A stretch of DNA of 58,387 bases, the filler included, from Sphacelaria rigidula (taxonomy: Eukaryota): the NCBI GenBank assembly GCA_964200075.2. It is 2 parts of 2 records of this genome, joined end to end, with 100 filler letters (N's around TTAATTAATTAA, not from the genome) between each part and the next. Parts side by side here need not be neighbours in the genome. Positions count along the whole stretch, not along the records: positions 29,247 to 58,387 come from CAXNAA020000088.1; 1 more part is not named here. The stretch is one strand, 5' to 3'. The notes below the pieces were generated by a model, which saw only the letters and a program-made list of their open reading frames with translations, did not search any database and was not told where the DNA came from. Shown here piece after piece: positions 37,364 to 50,300 of the stretch (positions are counted from its first letter, which is position 1; the number at the start of each line of letters is the position of its first letter). The position numbers and the translations under genes are program-made.

Positions 37364-40300
37364 CGGTGGGGTTGGGGTTGGCTTTTGGTCTGTTGTTGGC
37401 ACGGGTGTTCGGGCGCTCGCTGTTGGCTGGAGAAGGTGGCGTGACAGGATCGTAGCCGTCTCCGATTGGCTCATTCTTCCTGTCTTCAGCAGCCTACAAG
37501 CGGAGAGAGCCGTGCAAAACGTATGAGTTTGTGTGTGTGTTGTCAATCTACCTATTGTGAGTTGCCAGTCTACACCTTTCGATATATGCGGGCGTATCAG
37601 CTGGGGTCAGAGGAGGGAGGCTAACACAGAAGTTTTCCATTATTATTCTTCCTCAACAATCCACCTTTCTTCTGCGGTGCTTGCTTGTTTTCTTTATCGC
37701 AAGAAGGGTTCAGCGGACTCTTTCCCTCGTCGACCATGAAGTCGACTTTAGTGTATTTACGACATAGTCGCTCTCCACTGTTGGGTAGTATGGTGTGGTG
37801 AAATATCTCACATCATATGCCCACCGAGATTCGAACCTACGACCCAGCTGTCAGAGGGTTCCGAGGTTCCCAACTGAGCGACCGGGTCGACCGGCTTTGA
37901 CCGCGTTATTTCTTTGTCGTCATGCAGTATATATAAACAGAATTAGCCCTTGCGAACCCAGGTGTGGCCGTCTATCGGATCTGTCTCACCCTTGCCCCCG
38001 TATCTGAGTGCCGCACCCTGTTGCCTGCCTGTGGGGATATGTATGTATATGCGCGGCGATAAGATTTCAGAGCGAATTTGCTCCCTCTTACAGACGTTTT
38101 CGGACACGATGGTGCGCGAGACAAATCTTGGGTGTATATCCAAGCGGTGAGTCTCCTGTAGCGATAAACGAGCTCAGTCCCCCACTGACGGAAATAACGA
38201 GTAGGCATTTAATTACAATCGGGACGGCGAGAAGAAACAGCAACACGATGCTTGTCATATTGATGATACCCGGTATTCTAAATAACTACCCCGTATCGCG
38301 TGCTACGCTAGTACCCATACCTCGGGGCCGAAGACGACATCGGTCAGAGGATCAGCTGCCGCAAGATATTTGTAATAAAACGCCAGGACCTGACAAACGT
38401 TCAAGGCGAAAAAACACAGAGGAAAGAAAAAAGAGAGAGCTTGCGTTGAGAATAGAAAACGTTGATCATGATACTATCCATTCGTTTTTTGTGCACTTGC
38501 AAATGCACCGCATCCGCCCCCGGCCCCTTCCCATCCCGCACCCCTCACGTCCATCGGTGGGACGGAGTCAGTAACCCCACTCCATCACCAACGTGCATTA
38601 TTTGTATCCCTTTTGAAACAGCATTCCACTTGCGCCCTGTACCTTAATCGAACTTCATTTCGTTGTATGCACGACTAAAACCCCGAACAATTATTCAAGG
38701 TGCAAACATGTGCTCACGCGACGGATTATCGAATGTCAACTGATTCCACGCGAATCCAGTCGTGGTGGTCAATATCCACGAGGTGGACGCACACGAGGTG
38801 AAATAAACTGGTCGGAATCAGTAAATGTAAACTCAAGATGAGAAAAAAAGGCTAGACGACAGACGGCAATATATTGGCTCGAAAATAAAGAGAAAACAAG
38901 GTCGCAAAAAAAAAATCATCAAGCATCTCCTGCGGTGCGTACCGCAACAACATAAGTCGATGCCAACAGGAGCAATCCTGGGACACGAAAAAAACTAGAC
39001 GAGACGAGACGAGGAGGACAACTAGCTTCACCTGATGGGGAGTTTTGCCTGGGACCTGCTTGCTGACTTTTCCAAGATCGATATTGTCCTCGCGGGGGAT
39101 TTCAGAGCCTTGCTTGGCCCAGGGGGGACTGTGACGGTCAGGATCATATTCCCTTTCCAGAGCTCTCTCGAGGAGCCGAACCTGAAAATGTGGAGAGCAC
39201 CAACATGAACAGAGGAGGTTTCTGTACCGGCGTCTTGATTGCAGTGGGAAATTCTGCCACAGTCACGGCCCAGATTCATGACAGGACCCAGCTGACTGTT
39301 GACACCTGAGGGCGCCTTCGGTGCTACAAAAAAGAATCAAGGGAAAACCATCTCATTTTCTTCTTTCGACATTTATTTTCTTCGACACCGTCCTTTCTGG
39401 GGCATTCCGGCCGCTTCTTATCAGATTGTTTCGTGTCGAAAACATGCGGTGGAATCGAATTCGCTAGCATTTGATACGTTCACGGCTTTCATGTCGGCAC
39501 TTCTGAGCAAACAAATAACGTAAGCGTATCAAATACGAGCGAATTCGATTCGACCCCACGTGTTCCACACAAAAAAAATCGGAAAGACACGGCCCTAGTC
39601 TCTACAAGAACAGTATCCAAGAAATGGGTTTCAACAAAACTGCTTCAATAACCGTATGAGAAACGTTGCCTTTTCCCACCCTGTTCAAGCTTTCGAAAAA
39701 CAAGAAGAGTTATCCGTGACCTATTCATATTTAGTACAAGCGCGGCCCCGGATATTTCAATGTTGCCGAAGGTTGCTGCACGGAAGATCTCATCAAGGGT
39801 GGCGGTATCGACAAAATCTCATCCAAGACTATTCCGAGAAGACCCAAGCTCTTCCGATCCGCAGGTAGAAATCGGCCATGGGCACCAGTCTATATTCAGG
39901 ATTACCGGCAATATTGATCAACTCCTTGGAATACGTTAAATCTGACACGAAGCACGAGCAAAATAATCATCATCTCCTTTGTCGAGATTCACGCCATGGA
40001 TTTGGATATTTCCCGGATTGGCAGTCGGTCTACACATGCCTTTTCATCACCCTGAGTAATTCCCAGTGAAAAGTACTTGCCCAAGTAATCGTGAATCTAC
40101 CCTGCAAATTCACATACCTGGGTGAAGGTCCATGGCTGGATACTCTCCGGCGACGAATCGTCGTTGGCGAAGTTTTTCAGAGCAGGCTCGAAGTTGTCAA
40201 GCTTGCACCGTGCTCTCATCAATCCAGTTAACGCCTCCTCCTCACACTGACAAAAAATGAGTCGAGGGGCGAAAAATAGGAAAATTCAACAACTTCAAAT

Positions 40301-41348
40301 CACTTCGGGGGTACAAGAATGTCGATGCCATGAGAGCCCGTTTCTTGTGCTCGAAATAGTCACATTCCAACACAAATGTAGGGCTCCAAATAGCATTTCT
40401 CGATTTCAAGACATGCAAATTCAAGAGTGTGTTCTGTAGGGTACGAGTAAGTTCGGTGGGGTATGATTTTACTCATAGAAATTACAGAACCATGGGGTAC
40501 CGGTATGAAATTATTAAAACTTAGAGGACTGTCAAGGTACCGATGTAAGAGTCTTGCGGAAGTCACTGACATGTCGAGTACGGGGAAAATCCGGGGTATA
40601 CTATAAAACCGTACCCTACAGAACGAAGCGTTGAAATTTTGCACACCTTGGACAATGAACCACTCTGTCAAAAAAGTATACTGCGTACGGTGTCGACCAT
40701 TGCGTCTGTTGTGATGGGCGAGACATCCCGTTTTGTACGCGGCACACTTGATGACAATGCAACCCATTGTCCAGGGTGTCCAGTTTTGAATAATTCGTTC
40801 GACCATGCAAGGGGCTCAGAGGTCGGCAAACACACACAGCCGAGCAGACGCTGGAAAATCAGGATCACGCATGAGGAAGGGCATGCTACTCGTGAACTAT
40901 AGTCAGTCGCCCAGGAACGGCTTGTAGGTCAACTGCTCTGGAGTGCGCTGTTGAGCAACACATAGTTCAACACTACAACCACTGATCGGACAATCAAGTT
41001 TCTGCGAAGTCCGGTATAACATCACAAATGAGACAACTGTGCCGGAGTACGTGCTGTACCACCCCCCATATACCATCCCCAGCGATGGGTTTCCTGGGGC
41101 ATCAAAATCCAAACCCAGGCATCGTTCACGCAGTACTAGCGGGTAACAAGTACTTGTGAACACATCCCCCGTGACACATGAACTGTGATTGCGTCATGTT
41201 GTGCAAATATGGGCAAAGCTCAGCATCACTGCTACGGCACGATAAAGCCGTGGCTACAACCAAAAAGTTGCAGTGTCCTCAATGAAAGCCAAATACCAGA
41301 GCAAATGGGATTTCGGAACTACGTGCAATGGAAATCAGACATCTGAGC

Positions 41349-41380
<32 letters not shown>

Positions 41381-44300
41381 TACCCCAAGAGCGTACAGAG
41401 TTACTCCACAGGTCATATCTAGGCGAATTTTCTATCCAGTGGATGCAACTTGCGTCGGGTCTCTTGCTCAGCGATTGAACACAAGACGAAGATAACTTTC
41501 CCTGGGACATGTCGTGGACACCATTATTAGGCGGGTTTCGGGGCAGGTGTATCCCAGCTCGTACCTTGGCTAAAATCCAGTAGACCTCACCTGTAGGTTG
41601 TACAAAATAGTCGGTACGTCGTGATCATGGCTAGGAACGACTGGGATTGTCAGCCCCTCCAAAGATCCCAATATTGATATCCAAACTAACATCAAGCCGA
41701 CACCAGCAGTACCAACCATGTGCGATCAGTGGGTAAGGTCTACTATATGAAAAATCTTGCTTTCCTGAACCTCTTGACGTGCACATGCTCTGGATAACGT
41801 GTGCACAACACTCTCTCGATGTGCACGTACCCGGTGCGGCATTTTGACAAGCTACCATATAATGCGGTGAACGTCAATCCATGAGTGGCGGATCACCGTC
41901 CCGGGAAACAAGGTTTCCCCCTTCCGTGTCACCCATCAGTTCCTGCACTGACTGTCGATTGTCTGATTGATTGATTGATTGTCGCACTTCAACTGACCTC
42001 CCAGGGATCCAGGCGCGGTCATTATCTACACGATAGACGGACTCGAGACAAGGCAAAACTGAAACGCTCGCTGAAGAAAAAAGAGACAGCAGAGGTGAAA
42101 CAGAAAGACATAGTAGACGAAGAGACGAGAAGAAAAAAAAGAAATGGTCGGCCTTTGCCACATGGCTTCGGCGGGAAAGGTCTTCCGCAGAAGCACTCTT
42201 ATACCCAGTGATTGGTCGTGGAAACAGAAGGCCGTGGAACAGGGAAATAGTGCGGCTCATCTACTACGACCGCTCGATTTAGGGTATGAACCCTCCCATC
42301 CATACTGAACACAATGAAGCGAGGTACTGGCCGTGCACCTGACGTATTTGCAACATCACCGAAGAACCCCCCCTTGAGCACATTTTTGAGTCCCGGAAAG
42401 TCATACTCCAGGATTCATACACACCGTATTCTACGAAAGGAAATACTCGTAGGTGAAACTGCCGCTGGAATGCGCGTGACTCACCGAAACTCGCTGGATG
42501 GCAGACCTCGGAACCTCCGTTTGCTCGTTCTCGGAACAGCCTACTCGTACTTCCCCAGCGTTGTCCTGACCGGTAGTGACTGCCCACACTGCGTAACTGC
42601 GTTCCGTGTTATCCGATGGCGATGCTTCGCTGTTGTTTTTGCCCTTGCCTGTGGCGCCACTACTGCCGGAACCAGCGCCGGTGGTGGAGTTCCGTTGATC
42701 TTCTTGGATGTCGTCTGGTTTGCCGCCGAGTCTGATGTGTACCGCCACCCCAACGCGCGCTTGCTTTACCTGACCGTTATACGAACAGCCACGTTGTGTC
42801 ATGAGGACAAACCTAGGCGGGGATATATATATATATATATATATATATGATCAAGGTTGCGCACGCCATCGGTGGGAGTGAAAAGTTGCGCGGACGTCGG
42901 GACGTTTGCCGCTCAGAACAAGAAACCATATCGAAGGTACAGAGAGTGTTCCTATTGCGGCATGACCGTGCCTCATCTCCAAATATGCTTTACATCGGGC
43001 ATTCGCTTCACTCAGATACCAAGCACGCTTGCAAAACCTTTGTCCTCGTCGGAACCATATCCTGCGGCTCCCAGAGATGATACAACAGGCCACCTCGTTG
43101 TCTTCGACTCGGAATATTGGAGTGCCGTTCGCCTCTATAGCACCATTGGACCCGTATTTTCACCACGGCGGCAATTCCATTGATCCATATTGCGATGTCA
43201 GGATCAACATCGGGCACGCACCACACAAACCAACAGTACGGTGGAGGTGGAGGCTCATCCTCCGGGCATCGAGTGCTAAATGTCGGAGAATCGGATACTG
43301 AGACGATATCTGCGATCATGCCGAATACTTTGAAACAAAAAGAGTGTGGGTGCGGCTGTGTGCGGCTCACGCTCCTCCAATCAGTGACACGACGAGATGG
43401 CCTCCGACATGAGTCAATAACAAGGGGCCGGTATGGTTCCACGAGGAATCCCAACCTTCTCGACGACGACGAAGAGTAGTATTGACACATGAAGGCCGAG
43501 TCACCAAAAGTACGCAGTGCGCGCACATGGGACAAAACTTGACACCATGGCAGCCGACCTGCTCACAGCTCTGGGTTCATGTAGGGTTATGGTCACGCGG
43601 GGTTGAGGTTGGTGACAACACCCCGCTCGATCCTACGGTCGAATATGACTTGTGAATGAACATCCAACAATATCCAGTGTTGATGAAGACCACCACACTG
43701 CGCGGGTGGGACGTGGTTAGATGTAGGCTCCTCATCATGAAGGCTCTTCATGACTACATCCTATACATCAAACCGCCAATGGCGCCACAAAATCAGAAGT
43801 CAAATACCTGAACGATTTTCTTGGCAGCACGCATGTACTCTGCCAGCAGCTCTTCTGAGCGTGAGTCCCAATGGCTGCAGCTGCGCCATATCTGTTGGTC
43901 CAACGAATCGGCCAGGAATCAATGAGTAATGCACGGATTTCATTGACAAGAGAGGTGTACCTCACGAAGACATACCAGAGAAACACACACTGAAACCTAG
44001 CGAGCACTACATCAACAGATGCTACCCCGAAACGAGGCTGTACGCTGTCGTGAAAGCCACGCTGGTGTCAGACGTTAGCCCGAATTCGATAGTTCCAATG
44101 GTCGGAATTCGACGCACAAGCTCATGCCATCGACGAACCCATGCACCGAGTAAACAGTGATGACGAATGCGGGATTACCAGATCATGAGCAGACGCCCAC
44201 CATGCTTGTGCGTCGTCACTCGGATTGAAGACCACATTCCTGTGAAATAGAGGAGCCAGTTGGTTTACTACAGAGCAACATGGTCTTCTCTGGGATCATC

Positions 44301-47300
44301 CACGAGGGGAGCTCCCTCGCATCCAAATATTAATGCTGGCATGACTCCATGCACAAGTATCACCAGCATATGCTCTCGCATGGAAGGTCAACGGGTCCCT
44401 GCCCTCAACGTGAAGAGCGAGATCGGATTGAATCCGCACGATGAAAACATAGAAGCACGTAACTGTATCACTCACCATGCGCGCACCGTTTGTCGGCGGC
44501 CGTTCTCTCTCATCCACCGGAAGCAGGTCTGGAATGTCGGCTTGGTAATCCTTGCCCACCGGTGTACGGAGTGGTGGATAGTCGCTGGAGCCAAGGGCAC
44601 TCGCCTTTACCGTACTACCGTTTCGCTTCCTTTTCCCAGCTACACCGTCCCCAGTTGTGGCTGATGACGGAGCCCCCTTGCCCTTTGCCCCAGCGGTCAA
44701 GCGGGTTCTCATAGTACGGGTGCGGGTCACCGGAGCAGCAGCAGGTACAGCAGTCGCGTCAGTATCAGCGGCAGCAGCTGGGCCTTCCCCTGCAATCTCC
44801 GGGAGGGGTGGGCCAGGGGGTAACGCCAGGCGGCGGGGGCGCGTTGGTAAGGGTCCGTGGCGTCGACTGGCCGGTGCTCGCGGACGGCGTTGTGATGAGT
44901 GCTGCTGAGCACTGCTGACCGCGGAGGTTTCGTTTTGGTCCGAGGACATCAGTTTCCCATCCTCAGACTCTTGTTTGTCGGTCTGGGTGGAAGGTGAACG
45001 ATGGGATTTGCGTTGTCGCTGCGCCTTTTTCGGCCTTCGCACCTCATCATCGTCTTCTGTGTCGGCACCAGCAGCAGCAGCAGCAGCAGTGCTGGCGATC
45101 TTGCTAGCAGCACTGTCCGCCATAGAGGATGACGATTTTCTTGTTACGCCCGGACCTTGACTCCTGGCACCACCGGCCACCTCTTCATCCGTATCGCTGT
45201 TTGTACCTAACCCCTCTTCTTCCCACGGTTCATCAGCGGGGTCCGGTTCATATTCCTCATCGCTATCTCCCGATGCGTCTTCATCGTCCACGTCTGAAGA
45301 GGCAACGTTAACCCGCGAAGTCCCTCGTCCCTTGCCAGTGTTGCCCCCACGACTACTGGATCCATGCCCGCGTCCCGCGCCGCCGGAAGAAGTGCGCCCA
45401 GACGCACCCCTCCCGCGCCCCCGCGTGGCGAGATTGGGCGTCCTCTTTTGCCGTAACCAACCCTCACTCTTGCCCCTTGTATTCTTCGAAGGTGTCGTTT
45501 CGTCTTGCGTGTAATCTTCATCGAGGTCTACATCCATGTCACTACGGTAGTCCGCTTCCGTTCGTCTGATCCTTGCCCGTGCCAAGATTGCGTCCGTGGG
45601 GTCGAGCTCTGTGAAGTCCCCCTTTGATCTGGAGTAAGCGTGGGTAAGCCGCGGGCGACTTTCGGACGTGGTGCTTTTTCCCGGTGCCTTGCTCCATTCT
45701 TGCAGGGGCGTGCTGGAATTCCTTTTCTTGCTTGCTTTCCCGTCTTCCTCGTCCTCTTCAGCCACGGAGAGCACAACGACTCTCGTGATCGCGTTCACCT
45801 CGAGATCTTCCATCTTTTCCGTGAGGAACACTTCGTTCTTGCCATCGATCACACACTCACCATCTTCGGCATCTTGGTCCGAGTCGAGTTGCTGGTTGGA
45901 TGAGCCTTTTCTGGTATTGGCACTGCTCTTCTTATCAGCGGCGGCAGCGACACGGCGTTTCTTACGTGAAGCTTTGGCTTCCGCCACCCGCGACTCCGTT
46001 AACCGGGTTCTTGCTTCCTCCGGAACATCTTCGATGCGCATCAGAAGCTGAGCGCGGAACTTGAACACCTCCGTGAAAGTATCCTCCCACATAGAGTGAA
46101 TCTGCGAAAAAAAGCGTAGCATGATAAAGCATAAGATGCCGGTGAGGAAACGAATACGTTGGATCACCATGCATTCATTCATTCTCTCCATCTCAAAAGC
46201 ATTGTTCGTGCCTGTGGCTTGACTCTAACGCACACGTAACTCAGGAGCATGAGTACATGATCAGAGAGTTGATCTGCAAGGAAGAAAATATCGGCGCAAG
46301 GAGGAATTTGCGGTAGCGAGAGATCTTGAGCGGACGGGCTGGGCCGAAACAAAACAGCTTTGGTGAGGACGATGGACCAACAACACTAAAAAAACTGGAG
46401 AAGTAGAGGGGAGTGTTGTTGTGTGAGTCGGTCACTTGGCTGTGAAGGAGACTGCGATCCAGGTGATGAAAATGACAAGGTACTACTCAGGTGGTCAGAA
46501 AACAAGTCTGCTTCAACTCCCCTCGGCATGCCAGTCTTGCTCGGGAGATATGATAAAACAGTTTGGCAGTAATTTCGCGGAATATGTCCTGGGGTATGGG
46601 GCCAGACGCGAATATCCAACGACCTCACCAAGATTGGTGTAACATGAATTTGTCATCCATGATTGCGTGCTCATTGGCTATGATTCTAGGAAACATCTCT
46701 GGTTTTTGGGAAGGCCGATAGCAAAGCCGGATTGAGAGAACAGCCACACGATTCAAGTGCGCAACATGAACGGGGGATGCACACGGTTGTATAAAGCTGC
46801 GCGCTTGGGGTACACAAGTTGTTGGCGTTCCGTGTGCAAAGCACGGCGAGGGCAAATCACACTACTTCCTAGTATATAAGACGAAGTCACCCGCGAACGA
46901 AGTCAATCATACTCGAAATGAGCGGGCGAAGAGAATATTAGCAATTCGACGTGGGATTCCGAGCAAGTCAAAGACGGCCCGCAGTAGTTTCGTAAGATGA
47001 TTCCTGTGAAGTGGGGACAAACGGTCACAGAATGAGCGGGTGGCGAAACAACTGGTGTGATGTTTCCGAGGCAATTCCAGCCGTTTGGGACAAAAGGGTC
47101 ACACGATGACTTCATGGTAAAAGTAGGTGGTGTTTTCGAGATGATTCCTGCGAAGTAGAGAAAAACGATCATAGGGTGAGCTTTTGGAGAATACAAGTGC
47201 TTTTAATGTCATTACGAAGTGTCATAGGAGGAGGTTATGACGAAGACAAGCAATGTTTTTGGGATGACCTCTGTAAAGTGGGGACAAGGGGTTAAAGGAT

Positions 47301-50300
47301 GAGTTGATGGCGACTACAAGTGGCGTGGCGTTTTTGTGACGACTCCTGTGAAGTGGGGACAAGGGGTCGAAGGATTAGTTCATGGCGAAGATAAGTGGTG
47401 GTCTTTGGATGATTCCTGAAACGCGGGGACGAAGGGTCAAAAAGATGAGTTGATGGCGAAGAGAAGTGGTATTTGGATGATATCTGGAAGCACCGTGACA
47501 CGGGATATATGTGCATATACTCACGCCTTGGAGGGTTGGTTTATGAAAGCGACCAACTCGTGGGGCGAATGGGCTGGCGTGTCGTGAATGAGTGGAACAA
47601 GAGGGCCATTAGTGCTTTTGGTGTGCCAAGTAAGCGACGAGCGGAAGATGTAAGCCATTCATCTCCCGGTGACAAGTGACACTAAGGAGTACCACAGAGC
47701 CGCGGATTGACGTCCTTCCTCTAACCTGAAACCTATTCGTACGTCATGCATCTGCCTTGGTTAGTCGTACAGCTTGATGGCCACGAGTTGCCGACTCACA
47801 CACACTCAAGACGAGCGGCAACCTAGTCCTCGCGTGCTACTAGACCTGCCATTGCTAGCGATGTTGAATGCGAGAAAGTGTTCACGTGGCCGTGATGACC
47901 ATCACTGCAATCCCTGCAAAGCACTGAATTCCACGAACCCATCCGGCTCAAAAGCGAACGGAGGTGCCCGTAGGGTCCCTCACTGCGGCAAGTAAGTACA
48001 TGATGTGACCTCTGTGTAGCGACGTTGGTTGTGGGGGGACATATACAGTAGGATACACAGTGGAGCTGTCACTTCAATGTCTCACGTTATACGACTCACG
48101 ACACGACACGACGCCATGCAAAGTTGGCACCTTGACAGTTATGGGTGAGAGAAGGCCCTCTCCTGCGGCACTAAGGTGCCGAATCTTGATGCGGGGAAAT
48201 GACGTGGAACACGGCACAACGTCGATTATTGTGGTGGAGGAGCTTCATGTTGTGTCGAGGTGGTGCTTGCTACTTGACCTCCCTCGTCTGACTTCAGGAC
48301 TTCTCCCAAGTCAACTGGGTTGGCGGCATCACGGGACGAGATCAGTCACTTCACACACATCTACACAAAGAAGCGGGCGCAAAGAGATAGACAAAGCACC
48401 CCAGGGGTATTCACTACCTTCGCGTGGAGTGAAGAGCGGCTAGGGTGGAGATATCTATCGTACCCCGGGATGAGTGACATTAACCCGAGGGTACCATTGT
48501 GCGTGGGGCCTCGGACGCCGTGGAATACAGAACAGACAAACGAGCAGCACGCGGGGTGGGTCTTGGACCCGTTCAACACGCCAGGTATTGCATGCGCAGG
48601 GTCTTGAGTGTGCAAGGTGAACCCCTTGACAGCGAACATGCCACGGCGTCCAGTCGTCAATCAGCGGAGTAAAATAGATCAAACGCAGCTGTGAGATGTC
48701 ACGCATCTGTGGGCACTTCCGGAGAAACAGGGGAGAGTTATGAAGACACGAGTTCCACATGTGCTTCCGTGCGCCGACAGCGGGCGGGTGTGCAGGAGCC
48801 CTCATTGAAGTTTGCGACAGAGGCACGCAAAAAAAGACGCCCCCGGGTGCACCATGGTTAGCTTCGTCACATCATGTCACCCTGCCCCGCTGAATATGCT
48901 CTGAAATTGGGGGACCCCAACTCGTACGTAATGGATCTCCAGGTTACGAGACCGAACGGCTACGCACACAGCCTTGCGATCTTTGTCTGGATAAACGATC
49001 GCTTCCCACGTGATTGAAAATCGATGCATCCACGGGAAGCTTCTACATGCCACAAAATACGACTATATCGGGTGGCGGTAAAACATCACAGGTCAATGTG
49101 ATCAGTCAGGAAAAGTACGCAGATTGCCCGGTGCTATCATCGATCAACCATGACTTCAACCAGTACATGTAGAGTGCCTCCGGGTATGTCATGAGGCAAA
49201 CATCGGTGGCGAGTGAAGTGTCGATATTCGTTTTCCCTAGACCTGCGTTGATGGGCTCAGCTGGACACACTTCGTCACGGCTGGCTGAGGCACAGTTCGG
49301 AAGAGTGAGACGACAACGAGATATATGAGGACTGGTATGCAGGGCATATTTTCAAGTACATCTAGGGTGCCATCGAGAAACTTGAAGGGAGATGAATGGA
49401 GATCAGATACAATTCTGGTTTGAACCAGGGCTGGTGGTTTGCGGAAGCAGTTGTCGAGACTACTGGGCTGCTGAGGACGCGAAGTCATCGTTCGGTGGAA
49501 CCTCAACTTACCCTGGAAAGTGGACGCACATGTTGACAGGTGGGAAAACACGAGTTCGTGGGTGACCACGCGCTGCTATGCACGATTGAACGTCAATGGA
49601 GAGAATGTGTTTCATGTTGCACCGAGAGTACATACGCACAAGCGAGCTCTCACGCAGAGTGGGTGTGATAGGTGCAGGAAGGGGAGAACAGGTCGCAGAG
49701 TTAGCTAAGCGATTGTGGTCGAAAGAAAAACTGTGCAATCCCTGGACGTTGCAACAACAATCACGCAATTTCACGGAAAAAGTGGCGGACCGGATAAACA
49801 CAGTCGATCAGCACAGAATTCCGTGCAGCAGTGATCCTCGAGCACGCACCCTTACATGGACAGGTGCAAACAAAATATCGACCTACCGTTGATGCAGATA
49901 AGGCAGGTAGATATTGGCATGTATGTACACTTCCTTCTGACTGTACTATGCTGTACCATTATGGACCTACCCCTACCAGTGCATTGTCCCTGTGCCCGAG
50001 GAGTTGCTCTGTTGGCGAGGAGTTGCTCCGGCGTGTCTGTGGACGGATGTATTTTGTATGTTTCGAAGTCAAGATGATATTTTACAGCGCACACGTCAAG
50101 ATATCGTAGCGGAACAACTCTGACTTTGTTTGCTACTATTCGTTTTTTTTCGCCGAGATGGCCACATACTGACTGTACGGTGCTATTTTCATCATCGGCC
50201 GACAGAAGAGAAGAGGGGCCAGGCAATACGCCTGTATGAGGAAGGAAGACGGGGTCAGCAGGCTTAGATATCTTCAGGGTATGTAGAGTTTGGGGGTACC

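Noticed and set aside
32066..37455. Long plus-strand ORFs overlapping the GC-rich exons
   Set aside because: Antisense shadows of low-complexity GC-rich coding sequence
46880..47500. CRISPR-like array
   Set aside because: Eukaryotic context, whole units are homologous with no unique spacers, and no cas genes
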